In this document: piece by piece, positions 1-8,552 of the stretch
Layout of the letters: every line of letters starts with the position of its first letter
Numbering within the stretch: position 1 is the first letter of the stretch
NCBI GenBank assembly: GCA_949841225.1
Contig: CATKYY010000002.1
Coordinates: 25,357-49,356, forward strand
DNA from: an uncultured Acetivibrio sp.
Lineage (GTDB): Bacteria > Bacillota > Clostridia > Lachnospirales > Lachnospiraceae
Reading direction: 5' to 3'
DNA: 24,000 bases
Made by a program: the position numbers and the translations under genes
Notes under the pieces: generated by a model
The model's input: only the letters and a program-made list of their open reading frames with translations
Databases searched by the model: none
Told to the model about the DNA's origin: nothing

Positions 1-555
1 ACATAAATCCTGTATCAGGGTACAAATAGCTACAATAAAATTCTCTCCATTTCCCATGTCAATAATCGACTGGATAATTTCCTGGTAATAATATTCCTTG
101 TCAATATCGCGATCCGCATGCAGCAATTCATCCAAAATATAGGCGTACTCCGCCGGCATTTTCTTTCGCACCTTAGAACGGGTATATTTTGTAGAACATT
201 CTTTACATACCTGTATCAAACGGTATATAATAAGTTTCTGCCACTCTTCTCCATCTTTTCCAGAAAGTTCCCTGCCCTTTACAATCTCCTCTGGATAATA
301 AATAAGCTCCGCTAAAGAATCCCTTTCCTCCTCTGTAATCACATGGCCGAATAAACCCTCAATTTTTCTCCTGATAACCCCGGAAGCGCTTCGCAGCAAA
401 TGCAAAAAACTTTCATATTCCCCATGCAGGTCGCTAAAAAAATATTCCGTCCCCTTAGGAAGGCATTTTATTGCATTAAGGTTAATTACCTCCGCCGCTG
501 CCGCTTGTTCATTTGGATATTCCTTAGCTAAAAGCTCCAAGCTCCTCATTTCCAT
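1..555 (-). CDS. fbp: Fructose-1,6-bisphosphatase class 3 (Firmicute Fbp/YydE type); N-terminal 185 codons only, 3' end runs off the window
   Basis: Absent from the ORF track because it is open at the window edge. Hand translation from ATG 555-553 gives MEMRSLELLAKEYPNEQAAAAEVINLNAIKCLPKGTEYFFSDLHGEYESFLHLLRSASG...CSTKYTRSKVRKKMPAEYAYILDELL, in frame to base 1 with no stop. These blocks match remembered B. subtilis Fbp blocks ([43 protein letters not shown]). An SD-like AAGGAGAAG lies upstream. Confidence 0.85.
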   Translation of the reverse strand, partial: MEMRSLELLAKEYPNEQAAAAEVINLNAIKCLPKGTEYFFSDLHGEYESFLHLLRSASGVIRRKIEGLFGHVITEEERDSLAELIYYPEEIVKGRELSGKDGEEWQKLIIYRLIQVCKECSTKYTRSKVRKKMPAEYAYILDELLHADRDIDKEYYYQEIIQSIIDMGNGENFIVAICTLIQDLC

Positions 556-582
556 AATACCGCTTCTCCTTATTCCTTCTCT

Positions 583-2103
583 TTATATATATTTATTAAA
601 TACCTCTGCCAGGCTGTTAATATGCATAAAAATTTGATATGCCTGTTCTGCATTCTGAACGTTTTCTCCACTGCGTTCCTCCGCCATAGTAGTATTCGCT
701 GTAATCTCTTCACTTACCGCCGACAGCTGGCTTATGCTGTCTACAATCGTATCGTTCGCGTCTGCAAGGCCTCCTATCTTACTATCTACCGTAGATATAT
801 TCGTCGTAAGCACGCCGATGTTATCCCCAACGCCCTCAAACTCTACCGTCGCGCTTCCAATCAGCTCATTTTGGTGCTTCACGGCATTCATAGAATCCTG
901 TACATTTTCTACAGCTTCCCGGGCATTTTCACTTAATTCCTCAATAATGGTTTTAATATTTTCCGTTGCTTTCCTTGTCTCCTCCGCCAAACTGCGTATC
1001 TGGTTTGCCACAACTGCAAAGCCCTTTCCGGCCTCTCCTGCCCGTGCGCTTTCAATGGAAGCATTTAAAGCAAGAAGGTTCGTCTGGCTGGAAATATTGA
1101 AGATCATTCCTGCTATATTCTGAACCTCCTGCATCTTTGTCTGAAGTCTTTCCATGGAAGCCGCCACCTGCTCATTCGCCTTTCCAATATAAGTAGATTG
1201 ATCTTCAACCTCCTCCATCATCTGTATGCTGTTTCTCATAGCCGTTCCAGATTTCTGCGCCATATCAACCATTTCTCTGGAAAGCTCTACCGTATCATTA
1301 ATAGCCTCCTGGATACTATGAGTCATGATTGTCTGGTCCTGAACGCTTTCTGCCGACATCTGGCTGCTGCTTGTAATCTCAGATAAAGAAGAATTTACGA
1401 TTTCCGAAGAACTCTTTAACATATCAATAATTTCAACCGAATCTTTAATATCCTGCTGCAGGCTGGCCGCCGTTGTAAGCATATCGTCCAGCATTTCCTT
1501 TTGAGCCGTCTGCTCCCTTTCCATAGCCGCCGCCGTATGGCTGTCAAAAAGTATAGTCAGCTTCGTAGCTTCCGATATAACAAGAGTTAAAATAATGGAT
1601 AGAGCGCAGCCTGTAAAAACGGCATTATCCATAACCCCCGCTATCAACAGCCGCGCCAGATTTGCCGTAACAATTCCAATAGCCGATAAATTAATCAGCC
1701 TTTTATCAAAAAACAAAATATCGCTGATAAAGCTTGGAAAAATATAAAATGGAATAAATTCATTTTTTCCAGCCAACAATAAAAAAAGATAACCAGTGAA
1801 AAAACTTGCCATCATAAAATACCTAAGATTTTCACTATCCCTGTTTTTCAAAAAAATACCCCAGTCCACAAACAAACCGGCCGCAATTATAAAAATGGGA
1901 ATATACTGTAATTTCCCCATAGACGAGCTTCCATCCTTTACCTGAACTCCCAGCGCCAGAAGTAAAAGAGCGGACATTAACGTAGTTGAAAGAATAACTG
2001 TAAAATTAACCCTTCCGGTTCTGGCGCTCCGCTCTGCAAACCTCTCTACTTTTCTTCTCACGTCGTTCCGTACTTCATTCCTCAATTCACTTATTTTTGC
2101 CAT
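583..2103 (-). CDS. Methyl-accepting chemotaxis protein with a six-helix membrane-embedded N-terminal module
   Basis: The C-terminal half carries the conserved MCP signalling hairpin [35 protein letters not shown]. The N-terminal ~190 aa consist of six hydrophobic segments with no sizeable extracytoplasmic domain. I moved the start from 2109 to ATG 2103 (MAKISEL) because the AAGGAAG SD lies 6 nt upstream of it and abuts the 2109 ATG. Confidence 0.9.
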   Translation of the reverse strand: MAKISELRNEVRNDVRRKVERFAERSARTGRVNFTVILSTTLMSALLLLALGVQVKDGSSSMGKLQYIPIFIIAAGLFVDWGIFLKNRDSENLRYFMMASFFTGYLFLLLAGKNEFIPFYIFPSFISDILFFDKRLINLSAIGIVTANLARLLIAGVMDNAVFTGCALSIILTLVISEATKLTILFDSHTAAAMEREQTAQKEMLDDMLTTAASLQQDIKDSVEIIDMLKSSSEIVNSSLSEITSSSQMSAESVQDQTIMTHSIQEAINDTVELSREMVDMAQKSGTAMRNSIQMMEEVEDQSTYIGKANEQVAASMERLQTKMQEVQNIAGMIFNISSQTNLLALNASIESARAGEAGKGFAVVANQIRSLAEETRKATENIKTIIEELSENAREAVENVQDSMNAVKHQNELIGSATVEFEGVGDNIGVLTTNISTVDSKIGGLADANDTIVDSISQLSAVSEEITANTTMAEERSGENVQNAEQAYQIFMHINSLAEVFNKYI

Positions 2104-2162
2104 ATGCATCTTCCTTTACATCATAATATTTTCCTTGCCTGCTTCCCTCCTAACTATTTTCT

Positions 2163-2191
2163 ATTATATAAAAAAAATATATTTTTAGCAA
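2163..2191 (-). promoter_or_regulatory. Candidate sigma-A promoter for the chemotaxis-receptor gene (TTGCTA-17 nt-TATAAT)
   Basis: On the minus-strand sense, the -35 TTGCTA is the complement of 2186-2191 and the -10 TATAAT is the complement of 2163-2168, with a 17-nt spacer. It sits ~55 nt upstream of the start codon. Identified by eye only. Confidence 0.4.
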
Positions 2192-2267
2192 TATGAAACA
2201 AATATTAACAGATAAGGATTCATTTTTTGCATATAAGTACCAATAACTGTACCTTGTATTTAAAGCA

Positions 2268-2297
2268 TTGCAGATTCTCAAACATATATGCTATAAT
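2268..2297 (+). promoter_or_regulatory. Candidate extended -10 sigma-A promoter for the DtxR-family gene (TTGCAG-18 nt-TGcTATAAT)
   Basis: TTGCAG at 2268-2273, TG at 2289-2290 and TATAAT at 2292-2297. It lies inside the N-terminal extension of track ORF 2227-2700, which supports the downstream start. Confidence 0.45.
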
Positions 2298-2337
2298 GCC
2301 TAATATAAAAAACAAAGAAATATACCGAGGTACTATT

Positions 2338-2700
2338 ATGATTATAAATGAATCTGCTGAAAACTATTTAGAAACTATATTAATTCTTAGCCTGGAGCGT
2401 CCCGTAGTCCGCTCCGTAGACATTGCCGAATACCTGGGCTTCAAAAAATCCAGCGTCAGCGTCGCTATGAAAAACCTTCGGGAGAAAAAACACATTACTG
2501 TAACAAAAGAAGGGTTTATTTATCTTACGGAATCAGGAAAAGAGATTGCAGAAATGATTTATGAACGCCACCAGCTTCTCTCTTCATGGCTGGAACGCCT
2601 GGGCGTAAGCAAAAAGACGGCCGCCGAGGATGCCTGCCGTATGGAGCATGTGATTAGCAAAGAAAGCTTTGAAGCTATAAAAAAACAAATTATGATTTAA
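2338..2700 (+). CDS. DtxR/MntR-family metal-dependent transcriptional regulator (120 aa)
   Basis: MIINESAENYLETILILS...VRSVDIAEYLGFKKSSVSVAMKNLREKKHI is a typical DtxR N-terminal winged HTH, followed by a dimerisation/metal region (ERHQLLSSWLERLGV...AAEDACRMEHVIS). I chose the start at ATG 2338 because GAGG lies 7-8 nt upstream. The longer track ORF start (2227) would place the promoter inside the gene. Confidence 0.8.
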   Translation: MIINESAENYLETILILSLERPVVRSVDIAEYLGFKKSSVSVAMKNLREKKHITVTKEGFIYLTESGKEIAEMIYERHQLLSSWLERLGVSKKTAAEDACRMEHVISKESFEAIKKQIMI

Positions 2701-2707
2701 TTGTAAA

Positions 2708-2762
2708 TTTTACCCTTCTGTATCCAATTTTATATTTATATCCTACATACAGAAGGGTAAAA
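2708..2762. terminator. 16-bp perfect stem-loop between convergent genes; probable bidirectional terminator
   Basis: TTTTACCCTTCTGTAT (2708-2723) is the exact reverse complement of ATACAGAAGGGTAAAA (2747-2762), with a 23-nt AT-rich loop. There is no clean U-tract directly after the GC core on either strand, so termination efficiency is uncertain. Confidence 0.5.
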
Positions 2763-2769
2763 CCGTAAT

Positions 2770-3645
2770 TTAAAAAAACTCCTCTACTCCAGCCACAATT
2801 CCATCCGCCAGCCGTTTTAAGGTTTTTTCTGAATAATCCGACGCCCTGTCGCCAACCTCTAAATCTACCGAAGGTATCGTGGAATAAGAGGTCTGCGTCA
2901 AATCCATAGCCATAGCGCCATTAGAAAAGATTTTTACCTTCTTTTCCTTCAAACCTTTTATCAAAGCCTTTCCAAGCTTTTCATGGCTTTTCCAGTTGGA
3001 AGCTACAGGTTCCATCTTCCGGTAAGAATCTACTTTAGGCACGCTCATATAAAAAGCCCCTTTATCCTTCTTTGTGGAATCGTAATGGAGCGCAATATGG
3101 CAGTCCGCATTGTTATTTGCCATTACTGTCCTGGCAATATTATCCAACTGTACATCGTCTTTTTCCCGTATCATTAGTACGTCGTAACCTGCCGCCAACA
3201 GCTTATCCTTTAAAACAAGAGCCAGCTTAAGCGTTACCTTGTACTCCGGCGTTCCGTCCTCCATGGTAGTTCCATAAGCAACCGCCGTGGCTTTTTTAGC
3301 TCCCTTTGCCGTACTTCCGCTCGTAACCTTTGCTGACCCATCTGGATGACAGAGAGTTTTTACTCCAGCCCCGCCCTTTGTACCATGTCCTGCATTAATA
3401 CAAACTACCTTATCCTTCCGCTTTTTTTGCGCGTAGTAAAGCTTGGCCTTTCCACTGTGGATAGCCGATTTATCTGCATATTTCCACTTAGTATTCCACT
3501 TTACCGTCTTTGTTTTTTTCCCGGCAGCCCTTACATAGGCAGGCGTTGGTCCTGTACCCAAGCTCCCGGCAAGCAGGCAAATAACTGCTAATATTGCCAA
3601 AGCCGCCGTTAAATACTCCCTCTTACCTCTATTCCTGATTTTCAT
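2770..3645 (-). CDS. N-acetylmuramoyl-L-alanine amidase (Amidase_3-like), membrane-anchored or secreted
   Basis: The N-terminal hydrophobic anchor is LTAALAILAVICLLAGSLG. Zn-ligand-like blocks are CINAGHG, E in PEYKVTLKLA, and CHIALHYDS. The start ATG at 3645 overlaps the fructokinase 3' end by 17 nt. Confidence 0.6.
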   Translation of the reverse strand: MKIRNRGKREYLTAALAILAVICLLAGSLGTGPTPAYVRAAGKKTKTVKWNTKWKYADKSAIHSGKAKLYYAQKKRKDKVVCINAGHGTKGGAGVKTLCHPDGSAKVTSGSTAKGAKKATAVAYGTTMEDGTPEYKVTLKLALVLKDKLLAAGYDVLMIREKDDVQLDNIARTVMANNNADCHIALHYDSTKKDKGAFYMSVPKVDSYRKMEPVASNWKSHEKLGKALIKGLKEKKVKIFSNGAMAMDLTQTSYSTIPSVDLEVGDRASDYSEKTLKRLADGIVAGVEEFF

Positions 3646-4606
3646 ATTCTTTTCTCACCATTTCGATTTCTTCTGCCGTAGGCATCACGCGCAGCGCGCC
3701 CTTCCGGGTTGTAATAACCGCCGCCGCTGCATTGGCAAAAGCCAGCATACTGTTCAATTCCTCTTCTGAATAATCCTTCCAGCCATTTTTTAAAACGTAA
3801 TGCAGAACGCAGCCGCAGAAGGTATCGCCGGCTCCGGTGGTTTCTACGGTGTTCTTTTGTATACACGCCTTCCGGCTTGCTTTGCAATTACCTAAAAAGG
3901 CCATACTGCCTTCTTTTCCCAGCGAAACTAAAATTAATTTTATAGAATACTTTTCCTGTAAAAATCTGACGCCCGCCTCATAATCCTCTTCTTTTGTAAA
4001 CCACTGGATTTCATTGTCAGAAATTTTCAAAATATCGCATTGGCTCATCCCATAGGCAATTTGCTCCTTTGCCTCCTCTAAGGATTCCCATAAAGGCTCC
4101 CTTAAATTAGGGTCAAAGGAAATAACAGCTCCAGATTCTTTTGCAATCTGAACCGCCTCCTTTGTGGCCTGCCTGCAACCGCTGTCCGTCATAGACAAAG
4201 AACCAAAATGAAAAATACGGCAGTTCTGAATTAAAGTCTTATTCAATTCGTCTGCCCGAAGCATCATATCTGCTCCTGGATTTCGATAAAAGGAAAAATC
4301 CCTGTCGCCATCTGGAAAGGTATGTACAAACGCCAAAGTCGTATGTACCTCAGAGTCTTTTACCAGCCCCTCCGTACCTATTCCCGTTTCTTTTAAAGCT
4401 TCCTCTAATTGACTTCCAAACATATCCTCCCCAACCTTGCCAATAAAAGCGGTTTTATGGCCTAAGCGGTTGAGCATCGCCAATACGTTGCATGGAGCCC
4501 CTCCCGGATTTGCCTCTAAAACCGGATTACCCTGCTGACTTTGGCCGTTTTCAGTAAAATCAATCAGCAGCTCTCCCAAAGCAACTACATCATATTGTTT
4601 TTCCAT
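3629..4606 (-). CDS. Fructokinase (PfkB/ribokinase-family carbohydrate kinase)
   Basis: Fructokinase-type blocks are present: VVALGELLIDF, NPGGAPCNVLAMLNRLG, FDPNLREPLW, TGAGDTFCG. I set the start at ATG 4606 (MEKQYDV) because GAGGAGGAAT lies immediately upstream. The track ORF extension to 4645 covers the SD and leader. Confidence 0.8.
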   Translation of the reverse strand: MEKQYDVVALGELLIDFTENGQSQQGNPVLEANPGGAPCNVLAMLNRLGHKTAFIGKVGEDMFGSQLEEALKETGIGTEGLVKDSEVHTTLAFVHTFPDGDRDFSFYRNPGADMMLRADELNKTLIQNCRIFHFGSLSMTDSGCRQATKEAVQIAKESGAVISFDPNLREPLWESLEEAKEQIAYGMSQCDILKISDNEIQWFTKEEDYEAGVRFLQEKYSIKLILVSLGKEGSMAFLGNCKASRKACIQKNTVETTGAGDTFCGCVLHYVLKNGWKDYSEEELNSMLAFANAAAAVITTRKGALRVMPTAEEIEMVRKEYENQE

Positions 4607-4648
4607 ATTCCTCCTCATTTCTGCGCGGCTTTTCACGCGTAACAAGTT
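4607..4648 (-). repeat. Conserved pre-start leader element, copy D (upstream of fructokinase)
   Basis: Sense strand: AACTTGTTACGCGTGAAAAGCCGCGCAGAAATGAGGAGGAAT|ATG. It shares the block GCMGYGCRGAAATRRGG at -23..-7 from the ATG with copies A-C. Confidence 0.55.
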
Positions 4649-4713
4649 CTATCCTAAGACGCGTTTGAAAGTCGCCTTCTAAAAAGCGCCCTCCAAACAC
4701 GTCTCTACATCCT

Positions 4714-4742
4714 ATTATATCTTAAATTACCCGACCTTGCAA
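4714..4742 (-). promoter_or_regulatory. Candidate internal sigma-A promoter (TTGCAA-17 nt-TATAAT) inside the 3' end of the alpha-galactosidase gene, driving fructokinase and amidase
   Basis: On the minus-strand sense, the -35 TTGCAA is at 4737-4742 and the -10 TATAAT is the complement of 4714-4719, with a 17-nt spacer. A 10-bp stem follows almost immediately (4694-4703 pairs with 4658-4667, one G-U pair). Confidence 0.5.
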
Positions 4743-6925
4743 AACCGAAATTGAATTGGCGTAAAATCCCCTTGCTTTACAGGCAGCGGCATACCAGCCT
4801 TCATAAGGGCGGCTCCCGTATATAATTTCTCTGTTTCCATGTCCTTATATACTGCTTCCGATTCCAGTCCCCTTAAATAAATCAGGTGGATATGCGGATT
4901 GGCTTCATTGCGGAGCATTACCCCATGGACAATAGTTTCTTTTTTATCTTTCGACACAAATTGCCATACCACATAATCCCTGTTTTTAAATGGACTTGAC
5001 AAACGATGATAATCTCCTGTCTGCACAAGATGCTCCATTGCCTTATATTCCTGAATTTGCTTTTTAGCCAGCTCCTTTTCCTCTGCCGACATATGCTCTA
5101 AATCCAGTTCAAAGCCAAAGGTTCCCGCGCTGGCCACAATACCCCTGGTTTCCTGTGGGGTTGTCCGTCCTGTCTGATGATTCGGGCAGACGCTTAAATG
5201 AGCCCCCATAGTACTGATTGGGTATCCAAAGGAAGTGCCGTATTGTATTTTTAAACGATCTATCGCATCCGTATTATCGCTGCACCAAATCTGCGGAGAA
5301 TAATAAAGCATCCCCGCGTCAAACCTTCCGCCTCCGCCAGAACAGTTTTCAAACAGTATATCCGGGTATCTTTGGACCAAAGCCTCCATCATTTCGTAAA
5401 CCCCAAGAACATACCTGTGAAATACTTCTCCCTGACGCTCCTTTGGAAGAGCCAGCGAATATACATTGTCCACGCTTCGGTTCATATCCCATTTCACATA
5501 ATCTACGCTACAGCTGTCTAAAACTTTGAAAATCTGTCCCATTACATATTCTCGGACTTCTTTTCTTGTAATATCCAGGTTGAGCTGATGGCGGCTGCGG
5601 TTCATATGCCTCTCCGGGATGCGAAGACACCAGTCAGGATGCTTGCGGTAAAGTTCGCTGTCCTCAGAAATCATTTCCGGCTCAATCCAAATGCCAAATT
5701 TCATGCCGATTCCTTTAATCTTCTTGACAAGCTTTGGAAGACCGCCCCGAATTTTCTCTTCATTTACGGTCCAGTCGCCAAGTCCAGAATAATCCGAATC
5801 CCGTTTCCCAAACCATCCATCATCTAAAACAAACATGTCCAGACCAATCTCTTTTGCCTCTTTTGCAATATTAAATAACTTCTCCTCATTAAAGTCAAAA
5901 TAGGTCGCTTCCCAATTATTCACAAGAATCGGCCGCGGCGTATTAACATATTTACTGCGGATTAAATTCGAGCGGTAAGCATCATGGTAAATATGAGACA
6001 GTCTTCCAAGACCTTCTGCCGAATAGGCTATAATTACCTCTGGAGTCTCAAACATATCCCCCTGATTCAGCCGATAGGAAAAATGATATGGATGAATTCC
6101 CATAACAAGCCTCGTCTGCTCCATCTGGTCCACTTCAATCTCACAACGGTAATTTCCGCTGTATACCAGTGCAAACCCATAGCAATCCCCATGGGTTTCC
6201 GTTGTTTTCTTATCGCAGAGAATTACAAATGGGTTATGCTGGTGGCTGGAGGTTCCTCTCTTGCTTTCCACAGATTGTACTCCATGATGCAGAGGAAGAC
6301 GTTCTTTTAGCCTTTCCATACAGTGCCTTCCATAAAAATGAATCAAATCCATATTTTTATTTGGATAATCCATTTCCATAGACATAGCGCGCTGGATTGT
6401 TATCTGCTTTTCTCCTTCATTTTTAATACGAACTGCTCTTGTAATAACATCCAGCTTTGGGAATACCCCATACAATAAATGCACCTTCAAGTTACTAATA
6501 TTGTCGCATAAAACAATTTCCAGAGTCTCCGCCTCATCTTCATCTCCATACATTGCCGGAAGCCCGGAAAGAGAATATTTTCCCTTCCTAATCTGATGCG
6601 ATTCATAGCATAAGCGTACCGCATCGCTTCCATCCTCGTGCTCTACCTCCATTCCGTTAATCCGGTAATCGCCGTTTCCATACCCGGAATATTCCTGAGG
6701 CAGCACGTCTAAGGAAAAGGTTCTGTCTTCTCCTGCTTCATACGGATTCCCTGAAAATCCTCTGTCCAGGGAAATAATGCGGTGAGTAACCTCCGTATCC
6801 CCTACATTTGCTCCATAATATAAATGTACCAAAGTTGCATGTTCTCTCACCTGCATTTGGTATGAACTGTTATTCGTGTTCAAACGAAATACTTTTGTCT
6901 CTTCATTGTAAGTAATATGCTTCAT
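4727..6925 (-). CDS. aga: Alpha-galactosidase, glycoside hydrolase family 36
   Basis: 732 aa. GH36 hallmarks are present: YVKWDMNR, ENCSGGGGRFD and LFVLDDGWFGKRD. The length and N-terminal beta-domain are typical of AgaA/RafA-type enzymes. Confidence 0.92.
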   Translation of the reverse strand: MKHITYNEETKVFRLNTNNSSYQMQVREHATLVHLYYGANVGDTEVTHRIISLDRGFSGNPYEAGEDRTFSLDVLPQEYSGYGNGDYRINGMEVEHEDGSDAVRLCYESHQIRKGKYSLSGLPAMYGDEDEAETLEIVLCDNISNLKVHLLYGVFPKLDVITRAVRIKNEGEKQITIQRAMSMEMDYPNKNMDLIHFYGRHCMERLKERLPLHHGVQSVESKRGTSSHQHNPFVILCDKKTTETHGDCYGFALVYSGNYRCEIEVDQMEQTRLVMGIHPYHFSYRLNQGDMFETPEVIIAYSAEGLGRLSHIYHDAYRSNLIRSKYVNTPRPILVNNWEATYFDFNEEKLFNIAKEAKEIGLDMFVLDDGWFGKRDSDYSGLGDWTVNEEKIRGGLPKLVKKIKGIGMKFGIWIEPEMISEDSELYRKHPDWCLRIPERHMNRSRHQLNLDITRKEVREYVMGQIFKVLDSCSVDYVKWDMNRSVDNVYSLALPKERQGEVFHRYVLGVYEMMEALVQRYPDILFENCSGGGGRFDAGMLYYSPQIWCSDNTDAIDRLKIQYGTSFGYPISTMGAHLSVCPNHQTGRTTPQETRGIVASAGTFGFELDLEHMSAEEKELAKKQIQEYKAMEHLVQTGDYHRLSSPFKNRDYVVWQFVSKDKKETIVHGVMLRNEANPHIHLIYLRGLESEAVYKDMETEKLYTGAALMKAGMPLPVKQGDFTPIQFRFCKVG

Positions 6926-6955
6926 ACTTTGTCCTCTCTACATTCATATTTTATA

Positions 6956-6991
6956 CAAAAACACCCCTACGAATCCGCAGAGGCGTTTTTA
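6956..6991 (-). terminator. Rho-independent terminator or attenuator between the DUF624 gene and the alpha-galactosidase gene
   Basis: Minus-strand sense: AAAAACGCCTCT-gcggattcgt-AGGGGTGTTTTT gtat. The stem is 8 bp with two G-U pairs on the minus-strand RNA; the same positions are A-C mismatches on the plus-strand RNA. It is flanked by an A-tract and a U-tract. Confidence 0.5.
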
Positions 6992-6997
6992 AGTTTA

Positions 6998-7675
6998 TTA
7001 GAACACATATTGGTCGGTTCCAAATTCCAGCCTTTTTTCTTCCTCTACAGAAAAATATGGTCTAAACAATTTCCACATAAACCATGCATCTGCATACGCA
7101 GTGAGGGAAAATCCACACATCATCCAAATTAACAGATAGACCGGGAATAGCTGGGCATCCACCAATGTAAAGTACATCGGCGCAATGGTAATGGCTGCTA
7201 CAGCCAGGGCATAAAATATTTTCTTAACTGCAAAATAAAATGCATTCGTAATCAATTTCCTAATCTTATTTTCAAAGGCCGCAAGAGTGGGAAACACATA
7301 CAGCGCTATCAAAATCAGAGGAATACATATAGCCGTAACTATATATGAGAAAATCTGAGGCATCATTCCCGGCATTGTTAGAACCGCCTTTCTTTCCATA
7401 TAGATACATCCTGCGGAAAGAAGAAGAATCAGCCAAATTACCGTTGCCTGTAAAAAATTCTGCTTAAAGCTCCTGAAAAAATCCTTAAACACACTACAAT
7501 CCCCATTCTTATGCATCCTAAGAGTACAATAAAACAGCGATGTAGTCGCTGCTCCGGCCGTTATGACCGGAAGCGAGCATACAATCCATAACAGATTCAG
7601 CGCAATCAGCTGCCCCAAGAAAATGAAAATCCTTTGAAATAGACTGTTCTCATTTGTAAACAGACCCATATACAT
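6998..7675 (-). CDS. YesL/DUF624-family integral membrane protein
   Basis: MGLFTNENSLFQRIFIFLGQLIALNLLWIVCSLPVITAGAATTSLFYCTLRM is the characteristic DUF624 N-terminus, and there are ~6 TM segments. I set the start at ATG 7675 (or 7669). The track ORF start at 7750 would overlap the upstream permease by 35 nt. Confidence 0.7.
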   Translation of the reverse strand: MYMGLFTNENSLFQRIFIFLGQLIALNLLWIVCSLPVITAGAATTSLFYCTLRMHKNGDCSVFKDFFRSFKQNFLQATVIWLILLLSAGCIYMERKAVLTMPGMMPQIFSYIVTAICIPLILIALYVFPTLAAFENKIRKLITNAFYFAVKKIFYALAVAAITIAPMYFTLVDAQLFPVYLLIWMMCGFSLTAYADAWFMWKLFRPYFSVEEEKRLEFGTDQYVF

Positions 7676-7715
7676 TCCCCTTTTCCTTCTATATAGCTTT
7701 CCTGTTTTCCACCTT

Positions 7716-8540
7716 TTACAGTTTTCCACCTGATGTTGCAATACCTTCAATGAACTGTTTCTGGAAAATCAAATACAGAACAATCATTGGAATACATGCT
7801 AAAAGGGATGCCGCCATCAACTGCGGATAGTTATTCGTATACTGTCCCTGCATTTTAGCAAGAGCCGCCGACAATGGCATAAGGTCTCTGTTACAAATCA
7901 AAGGCCACATCAGGTCTTTGTATGCAAATACTGCAGTAAAGATACCCAGCGCTACCATAGAAGACCTTGTCAGAGGCGCCATAATGAATAAAAACGTCTG
8001 GCCAATATTACAGCCGTCAAGCCTTGCCGCTTCTTCCAAATCCCTTGGCAGCCCCATATATGCCTGCCTTAACAAGAAAGTACCAAAAGCAGTTACAAGT
8101 CCTGGGAATATCAATGCAAACATGGTATTTAACATTCCCATATTACTTACCATCAAATACTGTGGAATGATAAAAATCTGGCCCGGCACCATCATCTGGA
8201 ATAAAACCAGCGAGAACATCAAGTTCTTTCCCCGAAACTCCAGACGAGCAAAGGCATATCCCGCCAGGGTAGCTGTTAAAACAGCGGCTACCACACGTCC
8301 CAGAATAAGGAGCAGCGTATTAATATACAGGCCTATGAAATCCATGTTATTGATTACCGTTTCAAAGTTTGTCGTCAGCCACTTTGAAGGAAAAATTACA
8401 AACGGATCTACCGATGTAGACTCTGTAACCGTCTTAAATGCAGTCAAAATCATCCATAAAAATGGCACTAACATAGTGATAGATACCAGAACCAAAACGA
8501 CATGGATGATGATATTCATCATTTTTTCTCTCGCTTCCAT
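7716..8540 (-). CDS. Carbohydrate ABC transporter permease (CUT1 family, MsmG/MalG-like)
   Basis: 274 aa with six TM segments and the EAA loop LEEAARLDGCNIGQTFLFIMAPL. A strong SD (AAGGAGGG) precedes ATG 8540. Confidence 0.9.
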   Translation of the reverse strand: MEAREKMMNIIIHVVLVLVSITMLVPFLWMILTAFKTVTESTSVDPFVIFPSKWLTTNFETVINNMDFIGLYINTLLLILGRVVAAVLTATLAGYAFARLEFRGKNLMFSLVLFQMMVPGQIFIIPQYLMVSNMGMLNTMFALIFPGLVTAFGTFLLRQAYMGLPRDLEEAARLDGCNIGQTFLFIMAPLTRSSMVALGIFTAVFAYKDLMWPLICNRDLMPLSAALAKMQGQYTNNYPQLMAASLLACIPMIVLYLIFQKQFIEGIATSGGKL

Positions 8541-8552
8541 ATCTATCCCTCC

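Noticed and set aside
118-315. 65-aa plus-strand ORF at the left edge.
   Set aside because: It is antisense to the clearly coding fbp N-terminus (1-555, minus strand), which the track omits only because it is open at the window edge.
1249-1262. A fifth occurrence of the GCGCAGAAAT core, on the minus strand inside the MCP gene.
   Set aside because: It lies in-frame in coding sequence (MAQKSGTA). It lacks the flanking AAACTYGT and RRGG-ATG context, so it is a chance 10-mer.
2227-2337. N-terminal extensions of track ORFs: DtxR 2227-2337, fructokinase 4607-4645, DUF624 7676-7750, M42 17909-17935, GrdB-like 19500-19505, cutC 13558-13569.
   Set aside because: The extensions cover SD sequences, promoters or the conserved leader, or they overlap upstream genes. 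Downstream ATGs have properly spaced SDs and align with the family N-termini.
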